DNA of 64,000 nt from an uncultured delta proteobacterium (GTDB lineage: Bacteria; Desulfobacterota; Binatia; Binatales; Binataceae), in assembly GCA_963794325.1 (NCBI GenBank), contig CAWCDG010000005.1, positions 363,517 through 427,516 of the forward strand, given 5' to 3'. The notes beneath the pieces were generated by a model. That model made no database searches, was not told the origin of the DNA, and saw only the letters and a list, made by a program, of their open reading frames with translations. A program made the position numbers and the translations under genes. Each line of letters starts with the position of its first letter. Position 1 is the stretch's first letter. Positions 18,939-28,513 of this stretch are shown one piece after another.

Positions 18939-19430
18939 TGCCGCTGTTCAACCTATTCGCTGACTTTACGACTCGTTTCGTGTGGTATCGGTCTCGATGG
19001 GCTAGGGCTTGGGGCTCGCGTCCATCTCGGAGGCCCGCGCCAGTGCTTGCGTGTCGACATACTCCTGGATGTTCGTCAGTTTGCCGTTTCGAACGGTAAT
19101 GGCGAAGACAAAGTGGTCCTCGAACGTCCTATTCGTGGCTTTGACTTTCCCCCTCGCGAAACCGACGACCAGAACCCGGTCTCCCTGCGCTACGAATTCG
19201 GGGGGATTTGGGAATGAAGTTTCCATATTTTTGGAAGCCTTCTGAAGCAAGTCCGCCAATCCCGCGTGCCCGCGGTACGTGCCGGCCAGCGGCCAGTCCT
19301 CGCCCGGAATGATCCACTCGATATCTTCGGCACACAACGCCAGCAGACCTTGCCTATCGCTGCCGCCCATTGCTGCAAAAAAGTCCTTCACAATCTGGAC
19401 ATTCTTCTGAATGCTCATCGAGATCTCTCC
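18939..19430. repeat. Copy 1 of a diverged direct repeat (SnoaL gene plus 3' flank)
   Basis: TGCCGCTGTTCAACCTATTCGCTGA..TTTACGACTCGTTTCGTGTGGTATCG..TCTCGATGGGCTAGGGC recurs 1169 bp later at 20108. Confidence 0.85.
19002..19418 (-). CDS. SnoaL/NTF2-like (ketosteroid-isomerase-like) protein
   Basis: NVQIVKDFFAA, EDIEWIIPGEDWPLAGTYRGH, EFVAQGDRVLV, EYVDTQALA; GGAG RBS. Confidence 0.9.
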   Translation of the reverse strand: MSIQKNVQIVKDFFAAMGGSDRQGLLALCAEDIEWIIPGEDWPLAGTYRGHAGLADLLQKASKNMETSFPNPPEFVAQGDRVLVVGFARGKVKATNRTFEDHFVFAITVRNGKLTNIQEYVDTQALARASEMDASPKP

Positions 19431-19466
19431 ATTTCTCTCTACATCGGATCGCGCGGTGTCGGTAAA

Positions 19467-19892
19467 TCAGCCGACACCGACGCCAAGTTGTTGCTGCATT
19501 ACAGAAGCCGCATTGTAGCAATGAAAGGAAATGATCTTTCCATCCTCGAGGTGAAAAACATCGCAAGACGGGACATCTATTGCCTTGCCCGTGGGAGCTA
19601 GAGTTCCAGAAGCAAGGACCAGCTCACCTTTATGCGTTCCCCGAGTTGCGAGCTCGACAACGACGACGTTCTCCGCGACGTAGATGCTGATCAACTCACG
19701 GTGGACATCAGGAAATGCACTTGCGAAGCCGGCAATAGAGTCACCAATGGCCTGCCCGCGAAACTTTTTGCCGGAAGGAATGTCGTACATGTATCCTTCC
19801 TCAGAGAAGAGAGAGACAAACTTCTCTCTATCCGTTCCTTGCCCCTCTGCGGCGGCGTAAAGCTCTCTGATGAGTTCTTCATTGCGAAGCAT
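19467..19892 (-). CDS. SnoaL-like / ester-cyclase family protein
   Basis: AFPDVHREL, RGTHKGEL, APTGKAIDVPSCDVFHLEDGKI. Confidence 0.88.
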   Translation of the reverse strand: MLRNEELIRELYAAAEGQGTDREKFVSLFSEEGYMYDIPSGKKFRGQAIGDSIAGFASAFPDVHRELISIYVAENVVVVELATRGTHKGELVLASGTLAPTGKAIDVPSCDVFHLEDGKIISFHCYNAASVMQQQLGVGVG

Positions 19893-20067
19893 ATTTAATC
19901 CTTCCCGCAGTCGGTTACTGTCTGTTGACTTGCTGCCGGTGGTGTTGTGGATCTGCCGGTGAGTCGTACTGTCGGTGATTCAGCCGATATCGACTTTCAT
20001 GGCGATATCCCAGGTGCCGGCTCCGATCACCCCGTTAGGGGGTCCTTGTTCCACGCCCGCGCGCAGC

Positions 20068-20122
20068 ATGAACGCGCGCGGCACGCTGTTTACGGTTCAG
20101 AAGGCGTTGCCGCTGTTCAACC
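20068..20122 (+). pseudogene. Inverted internal fragment of an SDR gene
   Basis: MNARGTLFTVQKALPLFN, nearly identical to LNTRGTLFTVQKALPLFN of the SDR at 21436-22170 but on the opposite strand. Confidence 0.75.
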
Positions 20123-20600
20123 TATTCGCTGAGTTTACGACTCGTTTCGTGTGGTATCGATCTCGATGGGCTAGGGCCTGGGGCTCGCGGCCGTCTCGGA
20201 GGCCCGCGCCAGTGCTTGCGTGTCGATATACTCCTTGATGTGCGCTATTTTGCCGTCTCGAATGGTAATGTCGAAGACCCACTCGTCCCTGTACGGCTTA
20301 TTCGTAGCGTAGATTTTTCCCGTAGCGACGCCGATGACTAGAACCCGGTCTCCCTGCGCCACGAATTCGGGGGGCGTTGGGTATTTCATTTCCACCTCTT
20401 TGGACGCCTTCTTAAGCACAGCCGCCAATTCCGCGTGCCCGCGGTACGTGCCTGCGAGCGCCCAGCCCTCGCCCGGAATGATCCACTCAATATCTTCGGT
20501 AACCAACGCCAGCAGATCGTGCTCATTGTAGCTGCCTATTGCTGCAAAGAAATCCTTCACAATTTGGACATTCCCTTCGATAGTCATCGATATCTCTCCT
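20108..20600. repeat. Copy 2 of the diverged direct repeat
   Basis: Matches 18939-19430, including the non-coding flank and the RBS region. Confidence 0.85.
20171..20587 (-). CDS. SnoaL/NTF2-like protein, paralog of 19002-19418
   Basis: Same length (138 aa) and motifs: NVQIVKDFFAA, EDIEWIIPGEGWALAGTYRGH, EYIDTQALA. Confidence 0.9.
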   Translation of the reverse strand: MTIEGNVQIVKDFFAAIGSYNEHDLLALVTEDIEWIIPGEGWALAGTYRGHAELAAVLKKASKEVEMKYPTPPEFVAQGDRVLVIGVATGKIYATNKPYRDEWVFDITIRDGKIAHIKEYIDTQALARASETAASPRP

Positions 20601-20681
20601 TTTTCTTACACTAAGTGTGTCCGATCTAATCGGACGTTTCGCAACCGACCTTCTTAGGCCAAACAAACGGTCGTAAATCGA

Positions 20682-21284
20682 TTACTGCTCCTTCTTGAAC
20701 AGGTCCTGGAAGATGAGCCGACCCCAGGTTTTTCCGCGTGCGTGCACCAGCGCGCCACCCTCGTTGAGCTTTCCCAGGTTGACGGGTGCGAACCCGAGTT
20801 GTTTGGCCAAATCCGCCACGGGAGCGGTCGCGTCCTCGTCATCGCTCGACAGGAAGACGACCCGGTGGCCGCCCTCGACGATCGGGTCGGTAGCCAGTGT
20901 GGCCGCAACCAGGTGATTAAAACCCTTCACCAACTTGGCGCCGGTGAACGACTTCGCAACGAATGCGGAGGACGGGAGACCGTCCAGTTCCTCAGGTGGG
21001 ACTGGAAACGAGTTCATCGCGTCGATGACCGTCTTGCCTTTCCAACTCGGCAGGGCCTTCGCAATCTCGCGATGTTCCCCGAACGGAACCGCCAAGATGA
21101 TTGTGTCAGCCTCGAGTGCATCCCGCAGCGACTTGGCGACGACCGTGGATCCAATCGCCCGAGCCTGCGGTGCCAACGCCTCGGGGGGCCGGTGACTCGC
21201 AACGGTCACGTCGATGTTTTTACGGGCGAAGGCGTGGGCGAGGGCCTGACCTATCTTTCCGAATCCTACAATTGCATAGCTCAT
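20682..21284 (-). CDS. NADP oxidoreductase, F420-dependent family
   Basis: MSYAIVGFGKIG, IILAVPF, VIDAMN, LVKGFNHL; GGAG RBS before ATG 21284. Confidence 0.88.
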   Translation of the reverse strand: MSYAIVGFGKIGQALAHAFARKNIDVTVASHRPPEALAPQARAIGSTVVAKSLRDALEADTIILAVPFGEHREIAKALPSWKGKTVIDAMNSFPVPPEELDGLPSSAFVAKSFTGAKLVKGFNHLVAATLATDPIVEGGHRVVFLSSDDEDATAPVADLAKQLGFAPVNLGKLNEGGALVHARGKTWGRLIFQDLFKKEQ

Positions 21285-21435
21285 AATATTTCTCCGATCC
21301 TTGTTGATATTGATTCCCAGCCTTCGACGGTGTGGGACATCAAATTCCGTTCTGCGGCCACCTTCCATAAACGTCCCGCGGTAAATCACTTTGCGGGCGG
21401 CCGGAAGGTCAGCCACTAGCCGAGGTCTGCAGACG

Positions 21436-22170
21436 TTAGATGGCCGTCATGCCGCCGTCGACGGACAACTCCACCCCATTCACGAAGCTCGAATCGTCTG
21501 AAGCAAGAAACAGCGCGACCGTCGCGATTTCCTCAGGTTGACCCATCGTTCCCCGCGGGATCAGGGATTCGAACATCTCCTTCGCCTCCTTGGTGAGAAC
21601 TTCTTCCTGCATCGGTGTGGCGATCGGCCCCGGGCCCAGCACGTTCACCCGGATCTTCCTGCCCTTCAGTTCGTTAAGCCACGTGCGTGCGAAGGAGCGC
21701 AATGCTGCCTTGCTCGCCGCATACACGCTGAAACCAGGAAAACCCTTCACCGAAGCAACTGATCCGGTCATGATGATCGATCCGCCATCGTTGAACAGCG
21801 GCAACGCCTTCTGAACCGTAAACAGCGTGCCGCGCGTATTCAGGCCGAAGGCCGCATCGAAGTGCCGCTCGGTAATCTCGCCCAGTGGGACGGCTTCGCC
21901 CGTGCCAGCGCTCGCGAACAGGACGTCGATCTTGCCCTTTTCTCGCTTGACCGTAGCGAACAGACGGTCGAGGTCGTCGAGATTTGCCGCGTCACCGCGC
22001 ACGCCGGTCACGTTCCGGCCAATCAACTTGACGGCCTCATCGAGCTGCTCCTGCTTCCTACCCGTGATGAAAACGTAGGCGCCTTCTTCAACGAACAGCT
22101 TGGCGCTCGCCAGCGCCATGCCGCTCGATCCCCCCGTAATGACTGCAACCTTACCTTCAAGCTTTCCCAT
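21436..22170 (-). CDS. Short-chain dehydrogenase/reductase
   Basis: TGGSSGMA, YAASKAALRSFARTW, IRVNVLGPGPIATP, VDGG. Confidence 0.95.
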   Translation of the reverse strand: MGKLEGKVAVITGGSSGMALASAKLFVEEGAYVFITGRKQEQLDEAVKLIGRNVTGVRGDAANLDDLDRLFATVKREKGKIDVLFASAGTGEAVPLGEITERHFDAAFGLNTRGTLFTVQKALPLFNDGGSIIMTGSVASVKGFPGFSVYAASKAALRSFARTWLNELKGRKIRVNVLGPGPIATPMQEEVLTKEAKEMFESLIPRGTMGQPEEIATVALFLASDDSSFVNGVELSVDGGMTAI

Positions 22171-22505
22171 AATTACTCCCTCTGGTACATGTTTAGCATT
22201 CAGTATAGTGAAATAGATTCTTTGGCAAAGGACGAGAACTGCTCGAAAGTCCTAATCTTTTGTCCATTCGTCCAAAAGAGGGGGCTAGGTTGGACTGTGG
22301 TCTAGCACTGCGCTCGGTCAATATGTAGCAGATGCAACTGGTTGCGGCTTTCGCGACCAAGCGAAGTAGTCAAAATCGAGGGATCGTTGTCTGAATTGCC
22401 TTCGGGACCCAAAGAACCGGGACGGTGAAGGCTTCCAAGATCGGGTCGGATTCCAACGTTTCCAAAGGAAAGTAATCAACACAGATTCCAGTAGAGAGGT
22501 TTCCA

Positions 22506-23471
22506 ATGGACCCGATAACAGACATCTTCAGAACGATGCACGTAACCGCTTTCGGTCTGCACAGGCTCGAAGCCACAGCCCCGTGGGGCGTAATACAGGA
22601 GAAGCAGACCGAGGAAAAAGTCACGCCTTCCGACAAAAAGATTGCACCCACAGATTTGGCTCACTTCGCCATGCTTTCGCGCGGCAACTGCTGGCTGAGT
22701 GTGGAAGGGATTCCGGAGCCGATTCCCCTCACCGGTGGTGATTGCTTTTTGCTGGCCCGGGGGACTTCGATTGTTTTGCGCGACAGCCCACGAACACGTC
22801 CAAGGTGGAGTTTCCGCGAGATCGGGGCCAAAGCCAAAAGTAATGTCGCTCATTATGGAGGTGGTGGCGCACCGACGACAATCGTCTGTGGGTCCTTGAG
22901 TTTCGATCGCGCCAGCCTCAAGCCGATCACTCAGTTATTGCCGAGCTTCATTCTGATCAAGGCCGAGCAGGCACGCACGCTTGCTCTTCACAACACAATG
23001 CAAGCGCTGGCATCAGAAATGGCAGAACAGACGCCGGGATCTGAAGCAGTCGCGACCCGGCTAGCCGAGGTCCTATTTATCCAGGTACTCCGGGCGCATA
23101 TCGCGTCGGGACCGAAACGCAACAAAGGATGGCTTCGTGCTGTTTTCGATCCTCAAATCGGCACTGCCCTGAGTGCCATTCACGACAGAGTGAATACACC
23201 TTGGACGGTCGAATCCCTGGCCGAAGCGGCGGGTATGTCTCGCTCCGCATTCGCAGCACGATTTAAAGAGCTACTCGGACAAACACCACTGGAATATGTA
23301 ACCGAGTGGCGGATGCAGAAGGCGATGCAGCTACTACAAGAGCGTGACAAAAAGCTCATAGACGTCGCTCGGTTGGTCGGTTACGAGTCCGACGCTTCGT
23401 TCAGTAAGGCGTTCAAGCGAGTTGTCGGGGCCAACCCTGGTGAATACCTCAAACGATCTGACCGTGCTTGA
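22506..23471 (+). CDS. AraC-family transcriptional regulator with N-terminal cupin
   Basis: WTVESLAEAAGMSRSAFAARFK, WRMQKA, VGYESDASFSKAFKR; divergent from the SDR cassette. Confidence 0.95.
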   Translation: MDPITDIFRTMHVTAFGLHRLEATAPWGVIQEKQTEEKVTPSDKKIAPTDLAHFAMLSRGNCWLSVEGIPEPIPLTGGDCFLLARGTSIVLRDSPRTRPRWSFREIGAKAKSNVAHYGGGGAPTTIVCGSLSFDRASLKPITQLLPSFILIKAEQARTLALHNTMQALASEMAEQTPGSEAVATRLAEVLFIQVLRAHIASGPKRNKGWLRAVFDPQIGTALSAIHDRVNTPWTVESLAEAAGMSRSAFAARFKELLGQTPLEYVTEWRMQKAMQLLQERDKKLIDVARLVGYESDASFSKAFKRVVGANPGEYLKRSDRA

Positions 23472-23684
23472 CGGCTGGCGCGGTCAGGCAGGGGCATTTT
23501 CATTTTTCGATTCTGCGGTTGAAGTCAGTCGCGCGCGCGAGTCCGATGTACCCGATCGCGACATTGATTCCTTGGGCACCGCCGGCGCGGCTCGGCTGGC
23601 CGAATCCGCGGCGCGGGTCTATAAGCTGGAAAGAAGAACGCGCACGGTACTTGCTTCGATGGCGCTGACGGCAAGGAGGCTACA

Positions 23685-25439
23685 ATGGCAAAAATCGACG
23701 GCGGCGAGATGCTGGTACGGACACTCGAGCATGAGGGCGTTCACGAAATTTTCACGCTCCACGGCGGCCATCTTGATGCGATCTACGCCGCGTGCGCTGA
23801 GCATGGCTTGCGCGTGATCGACACTCGTCACGAGCAGGCGGCGGCGCACATGGCCGACGGATGGGCGCGCACGACTGGGCGTCCGGGCGTCGCCATCGTT
23901 ACGGCTGGGCCGGGAGTCACCGACGCGGTCACCGGAGTCGCCAACGCGTTCATGGACTCGATCCCGATGATTCTGATCGGAGGGCGAAGTCCGTTAGCCG
24001 ACGACGACAAGCTGCCGCTGCAAGCCGTCGATCAGATGGGCATCCTGCGCCCAATCACCAAGTGGGCGCGCAGCGTCACGCATACCGAGCGGATTCCGGA
24101 ATACCTGGCGGCCGCATTCCGCCACGCAACTACCGGCCGCCCCGGACCGGTGTTCCTCGAGCTGCCGATTGACGTGCTGTTTGCGCGCGTCGATGAAGAA
24201 CGCGTCGAATTTCCCAGAGATCGGCTCAAGGAGCCGGCGGGACCGGGACGAGCCGCGCTCGCGCAGGCGCTCAAATGGCTTCGCGAGGCGAAGCGGCCGG
24301 CAATACTTGCGGGCGGCGGAGTATGGTTCGCGCAGGCCGCGGCGGAATTGACACGTTTTGCCGAGCTGACCAACACGCCGGTGATGACCAACGCCAAGGC
24401 GCGCGGCTCGATTTCCGAGGAGCATCCGCTGTGCTTCGGCGGCTTCGGCGCGATTCATCCCACGATCCATGCGAAAAGCGGCGGCAGCGCCGATCTCGTA
24501 ATTCTGCTCGGTACGCGAATTGGGATGTTCACCGGCGGTCGCAACTCGGTGATTCCCGGCGACGCACGCGTAATCCAGGTCGATATCGAGCCCGAGGAGA
24601 TCGGGCGCAACCGGAACATTGAACTCGGCATCGTTTCGGACTGCGGCGAGTTCCTGCGCCAGGCCTGCGACGCGGCGAAAAACGAAAAGTTCGATCGTCA
24701 CGAGGAATGGATCGAGCGGTTGAGCGCGGTCCGCAATGCGATGCGCCATCGCTTCGACGATGCACTCAAAGATCGGCCCGGCCCGATTCATCCGGCGCGG
24801 ATGGTGCACGAGATCGCGAAGAGCCTAAGTCCCGATGCGATCGTCGTCGCCGACGGCGGCGAAACCGCCAATTGGATGTCGAATGCATGGACCGCGCGAC
24901 ACCCCGGCCGATTCCTCTCGCATGGTTACCTCGGATGCCTTGGAACCGGCCTGCCTTTCGCGCTCGCGGCAAAAGCGGCGCATCCGGACAGCCAGGTTTT
25001 TTGCATCGTCGGCGACGGGTCGGCGGGACTCAATTTCGCGGAGTTCCATACCGCGGCGAAGAACAACCTGCCCATCACTGTCGTGATCAACAACGACCAG
25101 CAATGGGGGATGTCGAAGCACGGGCAGGAGCTGATGTGGGGGAAGGGCCGCAGCATGGCGACCGAACTCGGGATGGTTCACTACGAACGCGCGGCTGAGG
25201 GTCTCGGCGCACAGGGCGAACTAATCGAGCGCGCGGCGGATATCGCACCTGCAATGAAGCGGGCGCTCGCATCAGGACGGCCCGCCTGCCTCAACGTCGT
25301 CACAGACCGCGATGTGATCGAGCCGGGCACTCTCGCGATGTACAGCGCCGGCCTTTCCGGACCCGCAAAGGAAAAACCAAAGCCCGACGCCGGCGGAGAA
25401 ACTACGCTGCCCTATTACGGAAAGCGGAAGCTTGATTGA
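23685..25439 (+). CDS. Thiamine-diphosphate-dependent enzyme (acetolactate synthase / benzaldehyde lyase-like)
   Basis: AAGGAGG RBS; TRHEQAAAHMADG, TAGPGVT, GPVFLELPID, GDGSAG...INNDQQWG. Confidence 0.93.
   Translation: MAKIDGGEMLVRTLEHEGVHEIFTLHGGHLDAIYAACAEHGLRVIDTRHEQAAAHMADGWARTTGRPGVAIVTAGPGVTDAVTGVANAFMDSIPMILIGGRSPLADDDKLPLQAVDQMGILRPITKWARSVTHTERIPEYLAAAFRHATTGRPGPVFLELPIDVLFARVDEERVEFPRDRLKEPAGPGRAALAQALKWLREAKRPAILAGGGVWFAQAAAELTRFAELTNTPVMTNAKARGSISEEHPLCFGGFGAIHPTIHAKSGGSADLVILLGTRIGMFTGGRNSVIPGDARVIQVDIEPEEIGRNRNIELGIVSDCGEFLRQACDAAKNEKFDRHEEWIERLSAVRNAMRHRFDDALKDRPGPIHPARMVHEIAKSLSPDAIVVADGGETANWMSNAWTARHPGRFLSHGYLGCLGTGLPFALAAKAAHPDSQVFCIVGDGSAGLNFAEFHTAAKNNLPITVVINNDQQWGMSKHGQELMWGKGRSMATELGMVHYERAAEGLGAQGELIERAADIAPAMKRALASGRPACLNVVTDRDVIEPGTLAMYSAGLSGPAKEKPKPDAGGETTLPYYGKRKLD
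25398..25439 (+). repeat. Direct repeat copy 1 (3' end of the TPP enzyme gene)
   Basis: GAAACTACGCTGCCCTATTACGGAAAGCGGAAGCTTGATTGA; 39/42 identical to 26582-26623. Confidence 0.9.
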
Positions 25440-25661
25440 AGAGATTTGAACCTTGCCGGCCGCGAACGCCGCCGACGTATCCGAAGTAACGCAGCACTGG
25501 TTCCATCGGACACATTTTCCGAGGACCAAGTTGCCCCTTATTCGATCTCATCCGCCTTTCAGACGCCCAAACTTGGCGAAAAGTCATTCAGCAGGCTCGG
25601 GCGTTTGGTACGCGCCTTGCTGCTCTTCCTATGGGCGTTTTAGTCACGGGAGGAGGACGGA

Positions 25662-26447
25662 ATGGACAGACGGAAAAACGGGACATGGACAGATTTCGAT
25701 TTGCTGAATCAGTTGAATCCCCTGTCGTTTCTGTCACCCCTCGCGATGCACGAGCTCGCAAGCGGACTCAATTCGGCAAACTTCAGAAGGGGCGCGCTTA
25801 TCCTTCCTGAAGAGGAGCTCGCCGCAGGTGTCCATATCCTGCTGAGGGGCGTTGCGAAGATTACTTGCCTGAACACGGCTGGTCAGCGTGTAACCGTAAA
25901 TTTACTCGCGCCAGGTCCAATCCCGCAGTTTGTTTGTCACCCAGCCCACGCGTGGCATTTTCGATGCGAGGCTCATAGTGATTGCAGGGTCGGCAGTCTG
26001 AGCTGGGAGCAATTCGACGTCATCACCAGGGACGCGCCGAGATCTGACCTAAGAAAATTTCACGAAAACAATCTTACGGAATGGTATCGGTTCTTCGGAG
26101 GGAGCCTCGACCTTCGCGAGCGCCTTTTGCTGACGCTTCGTAAATTGTGTTCGATCTTTGGAGTCAAAGATTCCCGAGGTACGCTCTTGCGAGTCTTCCT
26201 CAGCCACAACGATTTGGCCGGCCTGGTGGGTGCGACACGGCCGAGAGTCACCGAGCATATAGCCGAGTTCGAGCATGAGCATCTGCTTATTCGCCAAGGC
26301 CGGCAAATGATTGTGAAGCTGGACAAGCTCGATAAATCGATCAACTTCCCACCGCACAAGTCGAATGACTCACCGTCAAGAACTGGTGTACCAATCCAGT
26401 TTCAGAAGGTAGCCCAGCTCTATAGTCGACGCTCGATGGCAGGGTGA
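25662..26447 (+). CDS. Crp/Fnr-family transcriptional regulator
   Basis: GGAGG RBS; cNMP-like fold (VHILLRGVAKI) and HTH LSHNDLAGLVGATRPRVTEH. Confidence 0.88.
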   Translation: MDRRKNGTWTDFDLLNQLNPLSFLSPLAMHELASGLNSANFRRGALILPEEELAAGVHILLRGVAKITCLNTAGQRVTVNLLAPGPIPQFVCHPAHAWHFRCEAHSDCRVGSLSWEQFDVITRDAPRSDLRKFHENNLTEWYRFFGGSLDLRERLLLTLRKLCSIFGVKDSRGTLLRVFLSHNDLAGLVGATRPRVTEHIAEFEHEHLLIRQGRQMIVKLDKLDKSINFPPHKSNDSPSRTGVPIQFQKVAQLYSRRSMAG

Positions 26448-26581
26448 CCCGGCCGGAGCAGGCGACCACCCGTCAAGAGCATCAGCAGCCACCACCGGGT
26501 CAGCAACCCGACAAGGCAGCACGGGGATGGTACTAGCAAACCGTAGTTGTGAGGAAAAAACCCTGGGCTGATACCGGCTGC

Positions 26582-26623
26582 GAAACTACGCTGCCCTACT
26601 ACGGCAAGCGGAAGCTGGATTGA
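26582..26623 (+). repeat. Direct repeat copy 2 (orphan 3' end of the TPP enzyme gene)
   Basis: GAAACTACGCTGCCCTACTACGGCAAGCGGAAGCTGGATTGA encodes the same ETTLPYYGKRKLD-stop. Confidence 0.9.
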
Positions 26624-27212
26624 GAGGTGGCGGCGCGGGCAGGTGGCCGAGCCCGCGGTCCGATCGCAGATAAGCTTTGGCGTCGCGAATCGCGCTGGCG
26701 AAACACGCCGACCCGTCGAAGTACGGGATCTTGTAGTGGCAGCATTCTCGGCGCAGGTATTCGCTGAAGATGCGAAGCTCGCCGATCAGCTTGAGGAGAC
26801 GGGCATCGTCGAGTTCTTCCGTCCAATCTATCACGTCCACGACATGCGCCCGGATCGCATGCAGCTTCTTTACCGGATCCACATCCGCATAGCCGATGAA
26901 ACAGGCCTTAACGCTGATCTGAGCACGGTCACCGAACTCCATCAGGTGCTTCGGTAAGAGCACGTCGCCTTCCAGCAGAAGATCCTCGCCGCTGTGCAAT
27001 ACATCGCTGGCAACCTTGCGGATCGTCGGCCAGACTACTTCCATCCTCTTCAACGCAGGATCGCTCACCCGCATCCCGAGTTCGGGCACCGCGCTCGCCA
27101 AACTGGCGATCAGAGTGTCGATCGAAAAGTACGGAAGTCCATGCTCGGCGAGCATTCGTCGAGCGAGCGTGGTTTTCCCCGAGCGCGGGGCGCCGCCGAT
27201 CATATAGAGCAT
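26586..27212 (-). CDS. P-loop NTPase / nucleoside-kinase-like protein
   Basis: N-terminal Walker A IGGAPRSGKTT, LLLEGD Walker-B-like motif; GAGG RBS. Confidence 0.8.
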   Translation of the reverse strand: MLYMIGGAPRSGKTTLARRMLAEHGLPYFSIDTLIASLASAVPELGMRVSDPALKRMEVVWPTIRKVASDVLHSGEDLLLEGDVLLPKHLMEFGDRAQISVKACFIGYADVDPVKKLHAIRAHVVDVIDWTEELDDARLLKLIGELRIFSEYLRRECCHYKIPYFDGSACFASAIRDAKAYLRSDRGLGHLPAPPPLNPASACRSRAA

Positions 27213-27479
27213 CTGCTTTTACCTCGTAACGGCCTGCAGGCTGCCGCAACTTTAAGCAAGGTCTCTGCCAAAGATCGGCATTCGGAAAACCGCTCAAATG
27301 GAGAAGGATCTGAGTGTAAGCATATCTACCGATCGGTCGATAATGTATCCGAACGACCCAAGGGTGATTCGTTTCGCGCCACCGCGGAAACGTTCTATCG
27401 ATGGGCAGTGCACTTTTGAATAAAGTCCTGGCAATGTTGGCGCCTGCGGGGTCCGGATGAAAATGCGAGGCAATGCAGG

Positions 27480-28493
27480 ATGAGTGACGCGGGAGCTGGA
27501 ACACATGCCGCCTTGCCGATGCGCAAGGTACCGATCGATGTCATGCGCGCGGTGAGCATGCTCTACATCGTCGGATTTTGGCATTTGCTCGATTATACGA
27601 AAGTCGGGACATGGCATTATAACCCGGTCACCTATCGCCTCACGGTTGGAGCGCTTTCCCTTTTCGTCCTGATCTCCGGCTTTCTGACCGGGCGCAAGGA
27701 CGGCGGTCTGGCCCGAGGCGAAATCTGGAAATTCTATAAGACGCGGTTCTGGCGCATCTATCTCCCGTTCGTGATCGCCTCCGGCCTGTTTCTGGTCGCG
27801 GGCGTGAGCGACGCGGTTCCGCTCTTCAAGGGCGTCACACTCGTCGCCATGCTGCTCGCACCGCCGCCGTACACACTGTGGTTCGTAAACATGATCGTTC
27901 TCTTCTATCTGATTGCCCCGCTGCTCATCAGTTTGCGTGGGAACGAGGTGGCTTACGTCGCCTCATGCACGGCGATCGTCGGAGCCATGATTCTGTATCA
28001 AGCGGTGACGGGCAGGATAGACATGCGCCTTATCCTCTACTTCCCTTGCTTCGCTGCGGGCGTATTTCTGGCCGGCGGGGCCCTGCCGTCATCGACGCTA
28101 AGCCTCATCGGCCTCCTACTTCTCGCCGTTCTGTCTCTCGTGCCTACGCTGGCAGATCCTTCATGGAGCTTGGAGGGCGATCCATGGGCGGCGCCTTGGG
28201 TGCTTTTCAGCTCTATCGCAGCCTTTGTTGTCGTGATGCGCGCTGGCCGGAATCTAAAGCCGCACGCGATTCTCACGCAGGTCAGCGATGCGAGCTTCTT
28301 CATGTACCTTCTGCATCGTCCCCTCTATATTTGGACGCAGTTTGTTTGGTTTCCGATCAGGGAGAATGAGCAGGTTCTTTATCTGTTCTTCGTATGCCTG
28401 CCGATTATCGGGATCGTGTCATGGCTTTGCCAGAGCGCTTACTCAGGATTTTTGCAACGGCGTGAGGTTCGAGTCGCAGCGTCGCCGGGATGA
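27480..28493 (+). CDS. Acyltransferase-3 (OafA-like) membrane protein
   Basis: IDVMRAVSMLYIVGFWH, LFVLISGFL, RFWRIYLPF, LWFV, SFFMYLLH; many TM helices. Confidence 0.88.
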   Translation: MSDAGAGTHAALPMRKVPIDVMRAVSMLYIVGFWHLLDYTKVGTWHYNPVTYRLTVGALSLFVLISGFLTGRKDGGLARGEIWKFYKTRFWRIYLPFVIASGLFLVAGVSDAVPLFKGVTLVAMLLAPPPYTLWFVNMIVLFYLIAPLLISLRGNEVAYVASCTAIVGAMILYQAVTGRIDMRLILYFPCFAAGVFLAGGALPSSTLSLIGLLLLAVLSLVPTLADPSWSLEGDPWAAPWVLFSSIAAFVVVMRAGRNLKPHAILTQVSDASFFMYLLHRPLYIWTQFVWFPIRENEQVLYLFFVCLPIIGIVSWLCQSAYSGFLQRREVRVAASPG

Positions 28494-28513
28494 CCACGGC
28501 AAAGTGCCGAAAT

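Noticed and set aside
18317-23471. AraC/SDR cassette as a mobile element
   Set aside because: No transposase, integrase or terminal repeats seen; at most an accessory islet.
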